A DNA stretch of 35,285 nucleotides from Candidatus Methanofastidiosia archaeon (GTDB taxonomy: Archaea; Methanobacteriota_B; Thermococci; Methanofastidiosales; SZ-28-30). The notes beneath the pieces are model-generated. The model searched no databases and was not told where the DNA came from. It saw only the letters and a program-made list of their open reading frames with translations. Positions 15,006 to 23,681 of the stretch are shown here, piece by piece. The DNA lies in NCBI GenBank assembly GCA_046760205.1, contig JBHIDS010000002.1, forward strand, positions 1 through 35,285, written 5' to 3'. How positions within the stretch are numbered: the stretch's first letter is position 1; each line of letters starts with the position of its first letter. The position numbers were made by a program, and so were the translations under genes.

Positions 15006-16557
15006 GTCTTCCACCTCTTAAAGTATATATAAACCTCAAAAAGACTCCACAAAAAGCACCTAAGGGGCTTGTCTTTAAGCCAAGAGAGATTCCAGAGATT
15101 CCAAATCTTAGAATCATAGCTATGATGAAACTCTCACTCTCTGAAACCCATAAAAAGCATCCCACCAAAACTCCTGTAAAAAGGGAAGCTATTAATCCCA
15201 AACCAAACCCCACGAAGAGACCAATGAAACCGCCCTCACTTTTCCAGGCATTCCTTCCTGCAAAGCCTCCTGAGAAAAGACCTACCAAAAGAAAAAAAGA
15301 ACTCTCAAAAGGCGCCTCTCCCAAATATCTTCCCAAAATAGCACCAAATATTCCTCCAAGAAGAAAGGAGAAGAACTCTCCACCCTTTAAGAAATCAAGA
15401 CTCAATTTCTTTCCTCTGTAAGTAAAGATGAAAATCTCTAAAATTCCAACACCAAAAACCAAAGCCCATGCATTTCTCGAACCTATAAGAAAAACCGAAT
15501 TGCTGAAAAAAAGGTTTACAGAATCTTTTGAGAAGGAAAATATGTACTCTCCACCAAGAGAACTCTCCAAGAATCTCCTCTCTTCAATCCCACTATATCT
15601 CCAAACTGGAATTTTCCTTTTGCCATAGTACAAACTAATACCCTCTCCATCAGAAACTATGAGATAAGAACCATATGGTGGAAAATAGATGAGAGCTTCA
15701 TCTTTAACGTCATGTGAAATCAGTAATTCTCCGTTATTGGAGAAGATTTTTATCTCCTCTCCCACAACCATCACCTCTCTTCCCTTGGCTCTTAAACTCA
15801 GACTTTTTATCTCCTCTTCAATATTGTGACTCCAGAGAGTCTTGCCCTCATGTAATAGATGAATCTCTCCATTTGATGTGGCAACTGCCATATAATCTCC
15901 AGACCTTGAAATTGAGGCATCGATTATCTTGAATAGAAACTTCCTCTCCCAAATCAACTCTCCCTTCGAGGAGGAAAAAAATGAGAGCTTTTTATCTGAA
16001 AATATTATAACATACTTTCCATTTTGAGACAATTTTGCCTTTGCACCTTTTAGGGAGATTGACCACATGGGACTTTCCCTGTTCTTGTCGAAGAGTGAAA
16101 CTTTCTCTTTAGAAGTAACCAGAATTCTCACCAAAGCTGTGGTTCCTCCACCAGAGAATATGTCAGATACTCTTGAATCCTCTCTGAGATTTATTTTTAA
16201 AAGAGGCATGGGTTTTCCTGCATTTCCTTGAAAGATACAGTAGAGATTTCCCTTCTCGTCAGTGGCAGCAAGGTATCTTCCATCTAGAGATATTTTGAGA
16301 GAGGTTATCCTTGCATCTGCTTGGTACTCCCAAAAAGGTTTGGAATTGAAGGAAAGGTGGTAAAAGATCTTTCCACTTGAAGTCCCAAAAACCAAAGAGC
16401 CTCCATCCCCAGAGACATGAGTAGACGTTATCTCATCTTCTGTGTTAAGTATCCAGTTGGGTTTCTTTTCCCTGACAGTACCTGTGAAAACATAGATGGA
16501 TAGAATGATAAAAATGAGGGCAAATGAAATAGCCTTAAAGTTTATCGTCATCACCAT
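14998..16557 (-). CDS. Membrane-anchored PQQ/WD40-like beta-propeller protein with a C-terminal glycine-zipper polytopic domain
   Basis: Track ORF 14998..16650. The start is moved to ATG 16557 (MVMTINFKAISFALIFIILSIYVF), overlapping the oppF2 stop by 7 nt. About 330 aa carry repeats of the type S.DG.Y.A..T..G.I.L......LW. Then come 5-6 Gly-rich TM helices (GGIFGAILGRYLG, GLFSGGFAGRNAW, GLFVGFGLGLIASLFTGVLVG). Confidence 0.75.
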   Translation of the reverse strand: MVMTINFKAISFALIFIILSIYVFTGTVREKKPNWILNTEDEITSTHVSGDGGSLVFGTSSGKIFYHLSFNSKPFWEYQADARITSLKISLDGRYLAATDEKGNLYCIFQGNAGKPMPLLKINLREDSRVSDIFSGGGTTALVRILVTSKEKVSLFDKNRESPMWSISLKGAKAKLSQNGKYVIIFSDKKLSFFSSSKGELIWERKFLFKIIDASISRSGDYMAVATSNGEIHLLHEGKTLWSHNIEEEIKSLSLRAKGREVMVVGEEIKIFSNNGELLISHDVKDEALIYFPPYGSYLIVSDGEGISLYYGKRKIPVWRYSGIEERRFLESSLGGEYIFSFSKDSVNLFFSNSVFLIGSRNAWALVFGVGILEIFIFTYRGKKLSLDFLKGGEFFSFLLGGIFGAILGRYLGEAPFESSFFLLVGLFSGGFAGRNAWKSEGGFIGLFVGFGLGLIASLFTGVLVGCFLWVSESESFIIAMILRFGISGISLGLKTSPLGAFCGVFLRFIYTLRGGRLA

Positions 16558-17522
16558 AAACCTCGAAAGTGACAAGCCACAAAGTGTCTGTTTACCTCCT
16601 CTAAAAGCTTGGGTTCTTCTTTGGTGCAAACTTTCTGTGCAAATGGACATCTTGGATGAAACCTACAGCCTGGAGGCGGATTTGAGGGAGATGGAACATC
16701 TCCTTTTAGAATTATCTCTTCCTGCTGAAAGTCTGGATCAGGATTCGGTATGGCAGAGAGAAGAGCTTTGGTGTAGGGATGGAGATGGTTTGAGAAGAGC
16801 TCATCCACACCACACATCTCCACTATCTTTCCAACGTACATCACTGCAACGATATCTGAGATGTGCTTTATAATCGAGAGATTGTGAGAGATGAAGAGAT
16901 AGGTTAGATTCATGTTTCTCTGCAAATCTTGGAGCATATTTAGAACCTGAGCCTGCACTGAAACATCTAAAGCTGAAGTGGGCTCGTCCAAAACGATGAA
17001 CTTGGGATTTAGAGCCAAAGCCCTTGCCACACATATCCTCTGTCTTTGACCTCCAGAGAACTCATGAGGGTACCTATTGAGGTGCTCTGGTTTCAACCCC
17101 ACCGTATCCAAAAGCTCTAAAACCCTTTCCTTTAACTCTTTCCCGTTGTAAAGATTCTGGATAACGAAAGGCTCCCCCACGATGTTCTTGATGGTCATTC
17201 TTGGATTTAAAGATGAGAAGGGATCCTGAAAAACCATCTGCATGTTTCTCCTCATAATCCTCAGCGTTTCGTTATCGAGATTTCCTAAGTCTTTGCCCTC
17301 AAAATAGATCTTCCCTTCTGTGGGTTCCACAAGCCTTAGGATTGTTCTCCCAACAGTGGTCTTTCCACACCCACTCTCTCCCACCATGCCAAGGGTCTCT
17401 CCCTTCTCGATATAGAAAGAAATGTCGTCCACAGCATGCACATACCCAATGACCCTTGAGAAGACTCCCCCTTTTATTGGAAAGTACTTCTTCAGCCTCT
17501 CAACTTCAATAAGATGAGTCAC
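16551..17522 (-). CDS. oppF: Oligopeptide/dipeptide ABC transporter ATP-binding protein (OppF/DppF type), second system
   Basis: [34 protein letters not shown] and C-terminal [11 protein letters not shown]. Track start is 17558. I prefer GTG 17522 for three reasons: GGAGGTGG lies 5 nt upstream, it forms a GTGA overlap with the upstream stop, and the N-terminus (M)[13 protein letters not shown] aligns with [14 protein letters not shown] of the paralog. Confidence 0.92.
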   Translation of the reverse strand: MTHLIEVERLKKYFPIKGGVFSRVIGYVHAVDDISFYIEKGETLGMVGESGCGKTTVGRTILRLVEPTEGKIYFEGKDLGNLDNETLRIMRRNMQMVFQDPFSSLNPRMTIKNIVGEPFVIQNLYNGKELKERVLELLDTVGLKPEHLNRYPHEFSGGQRQRICVARALALNPKFIVLDEPTSALDVSVQAQVLNMLQDLQRNMNLTYLFISHNLSIIKHISDIVAVMYVGKIVEMCGVDELFSNHLHPYTKALLSAIPNPDPDFQQEEIILKGDVPSPSNPPPGCRFHPRCPFAQKVCTKEEPKLLEEVNRHFVACHFRGLW

Positions 17523-18508
17523 CTTGCCACCTCCTCCACCTTCTTGTAGAGATAGCAAGCTACACTGTGCTCAGATTTTACGTTGAAGGCTGGTGGTTTT
17601 TCCTTATCACATATATCCATTCTAAAGTCGCATCGAGGATGAAATCTGCAACCAGAAGGAGGATGAATCAGATTTGGAACTCTTCCCCTGATTATCTCAA
17701 GTCTCTCTCTCTTCTCCGAAAGCTTTGGAATAGCATTTATAAGTCCTTTGGTGTAGGGGTGCATTGGATCCTTGAAGATACTTCTCACGTCTGCAAACTC
17801 TACTATTACTCCCGCATACATCACAGCCACCCTGTCACAAATCTTGGCTATCACTCCCAAGTCATGAGTTATCAGGAGGAGAGAGGCATCTATTTCTCCC
17901 ATAATCCCTTTTATCAACTTTAAGATTTGGGCTTGGATTGTGACATCCAAAGCTGTGGTGGGCTCGTCTGCAATGAGTAAATCTGGGGAGCAAGAGATTT
18001 CCATGGCAATCATCGCCCTCTGCCTCATCCCCCCACTGAGTTCATGAGGATATTGTTTGAGCACTTTCTCTGGGTCAGGCATTCCCACTAGTTTTAACAT
18101 CTCCAAAGCTCTCTTTTTTGCTTCATCCTTTCCTACCTTCTGGTGAAGCATTATTATCTCCCTCATCTGGGATTCTATGGTAAAGACAGGATTAAGGGAT
18201 GTCATAGGTTCTTGAAAGATCATGGCAATTTCATTTCCCCTTATATCTCTCATCTCGTCCTCTGTTAACTCTAAGAGATTTTTACCCTCAAATAATATCT
18301 CTCCCCCGACTATTTTTCCTGGAGGGGATTGAATGAGTCTCATTATGGATAAGGCTGTAACAGACTTTCCACAACCAGTCTCTCCCACAAGCCCCACCGC
18401 CTCTCCCTTTTTGATATCTAAATTAATTCCATCAAGTGCTCTTACCACCCCCTCGTAGGTATAGAAGTAAGTACGAAGATTTCTTATCTCAAGTATTACC
18501 TCCTCCAT
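17519..18508 (-). CDS. oppD: Oligopeptide/dipeptide ABC transporter ATP-binding protein (OppD/DppD type), second system
   Basis: [33 protein letters not shown] and C-terminal [15 protein letters not shown] lies 8 nt before ATG 18508. Confidence 0.93.
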   Translation of the reverse strand: MEEVILEIRNLRTYFYTYEGVVRALDGINLDIKKGEAVGLVGETGCGKSVTALSIMRLIQSPPGKIVGGEILFEGKNLLELTEDEMRDIRGNEIAMIFQEPMTSLNPVFTIESQMREIIMLHQKVGKDEAKKRALEMLKLVGMPDPEKVLKQYPHELSGGMRQRAMIAMEISCSPDLLIADEPTTALDVTIQAQILKLIKGIMGEIDASLLLITHDLGVIAKICDRVAVMYAGVIVEFADVRSIFKDPMHPYTKGLINAIPKLSEKRERLEIIRGRVPNLIHPPSGCRFHPRCDFRMDICDKEKPPAFNVKSEHSVACYLYKKVEEVAR

Positions 18509-18512
18509 GAAA

Positions 18513-19409
18513 TCATCTCCTGAGTCTTGGGTCTAGGATGTCTCTCAAACCATCTCCAAAGAGATTGAAACCCAAAACGGTAATGAGAATTGCAAGTCCT
18601 GGAAAGGTCACCTGCCACCATGCAGTTACCAACCACTCTCTTCCATCTGCAATCATCCTACCCCACTCTGGTGTCCCTGGGGGAGCTCCAAAACCTATAA
18701 AACTCAGACCTGCAGCTGCTAAAATTATCCCTCCCATGTCCATGGTGGCTTGCACTGTTATGGGAGCAAGAGTGTTCGGCAGTACATGTCTGAATATGAT
18801 TCTCCTGTTGGAAGCTCCAAGAGAACGCGCGGCCTCCACATACTGATTCTCTCTCACAGAGAGAGCTTGACCTCGAATGAGTCTTGCATAACCTGCCCAT
18901 CCAACGAATGAGATAGCAAGAATAACCGTTTCAAGGCTCCTCTCACCAATAGCTGCAGCCACTGCCATTGCAAGGATCAAAAAGGGTATTGCAAAGAAAA
19001 CATCCACCACCCTCATTATGAACTCATCGATCTTTCCCCCCATATAACCTGCAATGACTCCAAGGGCAGAGCCCACACTCACGGATATGGCTATCACTAT
19101 CGCCCCAATCCTCAGAGAAATCCTTGAGCCATAAACAACCCTTGAGTATACGTCCATGCCACTGTCATCGGTTCCAAAGAAGTGCTCTTTAGATGGAGGT
19201 ATATTAATCTCTCTCAATACAACCTTCTCTGGATCATGGGTGGCAAGGTAGGGGGCAAACATAGCCACCAACAAAACCAAAGCAATTATTGCAAGCCCCA
19301 GCACGGTGAGGGGACTGTTTCTTATCAAGAATAAAGTGTACTTGTACTCCTTTATCTGAGCGTCGTGCTCTGCTCTCCATTCTGAGTAAAAGCTCATCAT
19401 ATCACCCAT
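18513..19409 (-). CDS. oppC: Opp/Dpp ABC transporter permease (OppC/DppC type), second system
   Basis: FGTDDSGMDVYSRVVYGSRIS, an EAA-like loop NQYVEAARSLGASNRRIIFRHVLPN and the C-terminal LDPRLRR. Track start is 19469. ATG 19409 (MGDMMSFYSEW) overlaps the oppB2 stop by 8 nt, and ATG 19400 or 19397 are also possible. Confidence 0.9.
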   Translation of the reverse strand: MGDMMSFYSEWRAEHDAQIKEYKYTLFLIRNSPLTVLGLAIIALVLLVAMFAPYLATHDPEKVVLREINIPPSKEHFFGTDDSGMDVYSRVVYGSRISLRIGAIVIAISVSVGSALGVIAGYMGGKIDEFIMRVVDVFFAIPFLILAMAVAAAIGERSLETVILAISFVGWAGYARLIRGQALSVRENQYVEAARSLGASNRRIIFRHVLPNTLAPITVQATMDMGGIILAAAGLSFIGFGAPPGTPEWGRMIADGREWLVTAWWQVTFPGLAILITVLGFNLFGDGLRDILDPRLRR

Positions 19410-20430
19410 ACCTAATCCTTGGATCCAAAAATGCATAAATGATGTCCACGATGAGGTTGGCAGTGACAAATATCACTGCAATAATCACTACGAACCCCAT
19501 GATGGTGGGAAAGTCTAAGGTAGTTAGGGCATTCACAACGTACCTTCCCATCCCAGGCCAGTAGAAAACAGTCTCTGTGAGAACAGCTCCACCCAGGAGT
19601 CCTGCAAAGGATAATCCTATGACTGTGGTGGTGGGAATTAGGGCATTTCTCAAAGCGTGCTTGTATATCACAACCCTCTCTGAAAGTCCTCCAGCCCTTG
19701 CTGTTCTTATGTAGTCTTGTCCCAAAACCTCAAGCATTGAGGATCTGGTCATTCTGGTAATTATGGCAGTTGACGCATACGAGAGGGCGATGGCAGGCAT
19801 TATGAGATGTTTCAAAGTGTCCACAAAAATAGGCCAGTTACCTGCAATCAGGCTATCAACGAGATACAATTTGGTTATCTTTTTTAGAGGATACTTCATG
19901 ATTACAAAATCGTTAACCCTTCCTCCTGGATCTGGAAGCCAACCGAGCTTGAAGTAAAAGGTTAGTTGGAGAAGAAGTCCAAGCCAGAAGATTGGAATGG
20001 AAACACCCAAAAGCGCAAATATTCTGGTGAAGTGATCCATGGGCTTGTCCTTCTTGACAGCAGAAATAACTCCTGTGGGAATCCCAATCACTATGGCAAG
20101 CAGCATAGAAAATATGGTTAACTCCATGGTGGCTGGAAAGTAATCTTTCAACTCTTTCAAAACAGGTCTGTGAGTAACTGGAGAGTATCCCAAATCTCCC
20201 TTCAAGATTCCCTTCAAATAAATTAGGTATTGTACATATAGGGGATCGTTTAGATGATACGCTTCCCTTATGTTTTCTATGGCAGTCTCACTGGCTTTGG
20301 GTCCTCCAGCCCAGGCTGCTGCTGGATCTGCAGGAATTACGTGGGATAAAAAGAAAGTTATAAGGGTAACTCCAAACATCACTGGAATTAGAAGCAAAAG
20401 CCTTCTCAATATGTAGTCACGCATCTTCAT
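19402..20430 (-). CDS. oppB: Opp/Dpp ABC transporter permease (OppB/DppB type), second system
   Basis: MKMRDYILRRLLLLIPVMFGVTLITF, then PADP; an EAA loop DYIRTARAGGLSERVVIYKHALRN; and the C-terminal LDPRIRYG. GAGGT lies 6 nt before ATG 20430. Confidence 0.92.
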   Translation of the reverse strand: MKMRDYILRRLLLLIPVMFGVTLITFFLSHVIPADPAAAWAGGPKASETAIENIREAYHLNDPLYVQYLIYLKGILKGDLGYSPVTHRPVLKELKDYFPATMELTIFSMLLAIVIGIPTGVISAVKKDKPMDHFTRIFALLGVSIPIFWLGLLLQLTFYFKLGWLPDPGGRVNDFVIMKYPLKKITKLYLVDSLIAGNWPIFVDTLKHLIMPAIALSYASTAIITRMTRSSMLEVLGQDYIRTARAGGLSERVVIYKHALRNALIPTTTVIGLSFAGLLGGAVLTETVFYWPGMGRYVVNALTTLDFPTIMGFVVIIAVIFVTANLIVDIIYAFLDPRIRYG

Positions 20431-20499
20431 TTGGAAACCTCATCCACACCAAGCAAAAATTCAATATAAGCTTTTTGGTAAAATAAAAAAGAAAAAAGT
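20431..20499 (-). terminator. Putative intra-operon oligo-T terminator/attenuator after the second binding-protein gene
   Basis: The transcribed strand right after the TAA stop reads acTTTTTTcTTTTTTaTTTTacc. The position is equivalent to 7548..7624 in the paralogous operon. Confidence 0.3.
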
Positions 20500-22155
20500 T
20501 TAAAAGATTCCTGGAATGACCTCCTTCCAGATATCGTAGTACTTGAGTCCAGCTATGGGGTTGTAGTAGTATCCCTGTACCCATGCTCTTCTTATGGTGT
20601 AGTGCTCTGACTGGTAAACCCAGAGGTACGGGGCATCCTCGTGGTCAATCCTTTGAATTTCATAGTAAATCTGCCATCTCTCAGGACCACTTGGAAGCTT
20701 TCTCGCCTTCATTATGAGATCGTCCATCACTGGATTGTTGTAGTGAGCTGGATTCCAACCTTCGCTGTGCAGGAATGGGAAGACATAGTCATCTGGATCG
20801 TTGTAGTCTGGTGCCCATCCTATGTTGAGAATCGCTACCTCACCTCCCCTTATCTTCTGGATGAAGGTGGGCCAGTCAAGCTCCTGGATCGTGACATTGG
20901 TTATTCCGAGCTCTGATAAGTTCTCCTTCACAGTGAGCATTATCTGCTTTCTCACATCGTTTCCCTGGTTGTAGTAAAGGGTGATGTCTGGAACGTTGTT
21001 GTAGTACTTGGATTTCTCATAGAAACTCTTCGCCTTGTCTAGGTCTCTGTGATACATGTAGCTCTCATAATCTGGATCGTTTCCGTTCATGCCGAGGGGT
21101 ATCGGTCCCCTTGCTTGGATTCCATATCCCTTCACAACAAAATCTATGATTCCGTCGTAGTCAAAGGCATAGGAAAGTGCTACTCTGAAGTTTTTGTCGT
21201 CAAAGGGTGGAAGGTCGTTGTTCATTGCCACAAAGATTATCACAAAGCTATGTTGTCCTCTTTCAAAGTAGAGGTCTCCACCTGCACCACTCAAGGCTTC
21301 TGTCAGATGTGTCGTTGGAATGTATGCAAAGTCTGTGTCTCCAGCCTTTAAGGCAAGCATTCTCGTTGAAACCTCAGAAACTTCCTTTATTATTATGGTC
21401 TCAACGTGTTTTCCCTCCCAGCCTTTCCAGTAGGTTGGGTTCTTCTCCAAAACGATTCTCTCCTTGTGGGTCCATTCTTTCAAGACGTAAGGTCCTGTTC
21501 CAATGAGATTTTCTGTACACCACTCACACTCTGTTCCTTCCTCAACCGTCACGCCTGCAGCCTCATAGGTTTCCTTGTCCAAAATTGTTGCAACTGGACA
21601 TGCCAGAACAAAGATCATACCACCGTATGGGAATTTCAGGGTTATCTTTACGTTGTAATCGTCTATCTTCTCGATTGAATCCACAAAGTCTGCAAGCATC
21701 CAAGAGGGGTCAAGACCCATGGTGATAACTCTCTGCAAACTCCAGACCACATCGTCTGCGTTGAAGACAGCTCCGTTGGAGAAAGTAACGTTCTCCCTCA
21801 GCTTGAAGGTATACGTCAGTCCATTACTTGAGATATCCCAAGATTCTGCTAAGCCAGGAACGACCTTTGAGGCATCTCCCTTCTCGTAGGTGACGAGAGT
21901 CTCTGTAACCTGCCAGAGTATGTTCCATGAAGCAGAGTCGTATGCTAAAGCTGGGTCCATGGTCTCTGGTTCACCTATGGTCATAGAAGTCAAAGTCTTG
22001 CCAAAAGCAACATCATCTCTTCCAGGCCACATGTCCTCAACGTCTGGTACACCGTCCCCATCACTGTCTGTGGTGGGTTGCTGCCCAACACAACCTGACA
22101 ACACCACTAAAGCTGTAATCAAAGCGAGCAACTTTTTTACTCTACCTACATTCAT
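20500..22155 (-). CDS. oppA: ABC transporter substrate-binding lipoprotein, family 5 (Opp/Dpp/Nik type)
   Basis: 551 aa. It has a signal peptide with a lipobox-like LVVLSGC, followed by a calcium-binding-type DSDGDGVPDVED motif. The body is SBP_bac_5-like (GTGPYVLKEWTHKERIVLEKNPTYWKG). There is no C-terminal TM. GGAGGT lies 7 nt before ATG 22155. Confidence 0.9.
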   Translation of the reverse strand: MNVGRVKKLLALITALVVLSGCVGQQPTTDSDGDGVPDVEDMWPGRDDVAFGKTLTSMTIGEPETMDPALAYDSASWNILWQVTETLVTYEKGDASKVVPGLAESWDISSNGLTYTFKLRENVTFSNGAVFNADDVVWSLQRVITMGLDPSWMLADFVDSIEKIDDYNVKITLKFPYGGMIFVLACPVATILDKETYEAAGVTVEEGTECEWCTENLIGTGPYVLKEWTHKERIVLEKNPTYWKGWEGKHVETIIIKEVSEVSTRMLALKAGDTDFAYIPTTHLTEALSGAGGDLYFERGQHSFVIIFVAMNNDLPPFDDKNFRVALSYAFDYDGIIDFVVKGYGIQARGPIPLGMNGNDPDYESYMYHRDLDKAKSFYEKSKYYNNVPDITLYYNQGNDVRKQIMLTVKENLSELGITNVTIQELDWPTFIQKIRGGEVAILNIGWAPDYNDPDDYVFPFLHSEGWNPAHYNNPVMDDLIMKARKLPSGPERWQIYYEIQRIDHEDAPYLWVYQSEHYTIRRAWVQGYYYNPIAGLKYYDIWKEVIPGIF

Positions 22156-22189
22156 TCTTTCTACCTCCTTTCTTTGGACTACCTTAGAT

Positions 22190-22233
22190 GGTAGCTACTA
22201 TATGTTATAATAGGATACTTAAAAAGCTTTCGG
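22190..22233 (-). promoter_or_regulatory. Putative BRE/TATA promoter of the second Opp operon plus the conserved GGTAGCTACTA box
   Basis: The minus strand reads AACCGAAAGCTTTTTAAGTA, then about 17 nt, then TAGTAGCTACC. The 11-mer GGTAGCTACTA (22190..22200) is identical to 9515..9525 and lies at nearly the same distance (26 vs 28 nt) from the (T/C)TTTCGG BRE complement. Confidence 0.4.
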
Positions 22234-22266
22234 TTTTTCTCAAAGTTGATTAAGGCAGATGTCTTT

Positions 22267-22680
22267 TTAGAGGTTTCTTCCAAGAGATGTACAAACGAGC
22301 TTTCCATGAAGTATTCCCCTCGTTCCCAACAACCTATCAGAGATCTCCTTGAGCTTTCTTGCTCTTCCTTTAAGCACCAAAACCTCCAAACACATATCCT
22401 CGTCAATATGCACATGAGTCATAGAAAGGATGTTTTTATGGTGGGAGTGCTGGAGCTTTCGAAAAGCCTCCCCTATGCCAGAAGCTTTATGGTTGTAGAC
22501 CACAGTAATCGTTCCCACTACTCTCTCGTTTTTTCTCCACTCTTCCTCCACTAAGAAATCTCTTATGAGGTCCCTTATGACTTTGGAGCGATTTGGATAG
22601 CCTTTCTCCCTCACCATCTTGTCCAGCTTTTCAAGAAGATGTGGTTTTAGAGAGACCCCGAATCTTTTGACTTTCTCCAT
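22267..22680 (-). CDS. nikR: Nickel-responsive transcriptional regulator NikR
   Basis: 137 aa. The N-terminal ribbon-helix-helix is KRFGVSLKPHLLEKLDKMVREKGYPNRSKVIRDLIRDFL. The C-terminal metal-binding domain is VVGTITVVYNHKA...LQHSHHKNILSMTHVHIDEDMCLEVLVLKG, with His/Cys ligands in NikR-like positions. Confidence 0.9.
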   Translation of the reverse strand: MEKVKRFGVSLKPHLLEKLDKMVREKGYPNRSKVIRDLIRDFLVEEEWRKNERVVGTITVVYNHKASGIGEAFRKLQHSHHKNILSMTHVHIDEDMCLEVLVLKGRARKLKEISDRLLGTRGILHGKLVCTSLGRNL

Positions 22681-22689
22681 GCCTTAGGT

Positions 22690-22764
22690 AAGAGTAACAC
22701 CTTTTTATAAGTTTTGCTACCAAAACATTTATAAAGAGTAACACGAATTTTAAAAGGGTGTTAC
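22690..22764. promoter_or_regulatory. nikR-cbiM divergent control region: candidate NikR operators GTAACAC-N13-GTGTTAC (perfect) and GTAACAC-N13-TTGCTAC (degenerate) overlapping two TATA boxes
   Basis: GTAACAC lies at 22738..22744 and GTGTTAC at 22758..22764, with a 13-nt spacer. This site sits between the TTTATAAA box (22728..22735) and the cbiM SD/ATG (22776). A second GTAACAC at 22694..22700 is paired at N13 with TTGCTAC (22714..22720). That pair spans CTTTTTATAA (22701..22710), the likely nikR TATA read on the minus strand. The 11-mer AAGAGTAACAC is repeated at 22690 and 22734. Confidence 0.5.
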
Positions 22765-22775
22765 AAGGTGAGAAA

Positions 22776-23411
22776 ATGCATATACCTGATGGGTTTTTAA
22801 GCCCAGTTGTATGGGTGCCTTTGTATCTGGTATCCATTGCTGTGGTGGGATACTCTGTAAAAAGGGCAAACAAAAGACTTGGGGAAAGACACATTCCATT
22901 AATGGGAGTTCTTGCAGCCTTTGTATTTGCAGCTCAAATGTTGAACTTTCCTGTTGCAGGAGGAACTTCAGGACATTTACTTGGAGGAGTTTTGGTGGCA
23001 GTTTTAGTTGGACCTTTTGCTGGAACAATTGTAATGACAGTGATTTTTGTGGTTCAGGCTATTGTTTTTCAGGATGGTGGAATTACAGCTTTGGGAGCAA
23101 ATATCTTTAACATGGGAATGATTGGAACAATTTTAGGATACTACATCTATGTAACAATTAGAAAGATTATTAAGGAGGATAGAGGAATATTGGTGGGAGC
23201 CTTTGTTGCCTCTTGGATTGCAATGGTTTTGGGAGCAATTTTTGTTGCAGTAGAGCTTGCAATTTCTGGTACATCTCCCATTGAAATAGCTCTGCCTGCA
23301 ATGGCTTTGATTCATGGAGTTACTGGCATTGGTGAGGGATTTATCACTGTTGCAGTTATTGGATATATTTTAAAGGTAAGACCTGATATTTTGGAGGTGG
23401 AAAAGATATGA
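22776..23411 (+). CDS. cbiM: ECF-type Ni/Co transporter substrate-capture component CbiM/NikM
   Basis: Track ORF starts at 22758. The true start should be ATG 22776, giving MHIPDGFL, the conserved CbiM/NikM N-terminus whose Met1 amine and His2 bind the metal (established knowledge). GGTGA lies 5 nt upstream. About six TM helices are present, with QMLNFPVAGGTSGHLLGG. Confidence 0.92.
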   Translation: MHIPDGFLSPVVWVPLYLVSIAVVGYSVKRANKRLGERHIPLMGVLAAFVFAAQMLNFPVAGGTSGHLLGGVLVAVLVGPFAGTIVMTVIFVVQAIVFQDGGITALGANIFNMGMIGTILGYYIYVTIRKIIKEDRGILVGAFVASWIAMVLGAIFVAVELAISGTSPIEIALPAMALIHGVTGIGEGFITVAVIGYILKVRPDILEVEKI

Positions 23412-23677
23412 AATGGTGGCAGTATGGTTTGCTGGTCTCTCTGGTTTTTGCAGGGATTTTTTCAATTTTTGCATCTTCTCTGCCAGATGGATTAGAAAGA
23501 GTTTCTGAGGATTTAAACTTTGCAGAAAGAGCATTGACAATCTTTAAATCTCCAATTCCAGACTATCTATTTCCCTCTATCAAAAATAAGGCTTTGGCAA
23601 CATCTCTTGCAGGAGTTATTGGTGTTTTTATCGTTTTTCTGCTTACCTATCAAGCTGCAAAATTTTTAAAAAAGTGA
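23408..23677 (+). CDS. PDGLE-domain small membrane protein (CbiN/NikN-equivalent component)
   Basis: 89 aa with two TM helices flanking SSLPDGLERVSEDLNF, which contains the PDGLE motif. It has an ATGA overlap with cbiM and occupies the position of cbiN in cbiMNQO-type operons. Confidence 0.8.
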   Translation: MKWWQYGLLVSLVFAGIFSIFASSLPDGLERVSEDLNFAERALTIFKSPIPDYLFPSIKNKALATSLAGVIGVFIVFLLTYQAAKFLKK

Positions 23678-23681
23678 TTGA

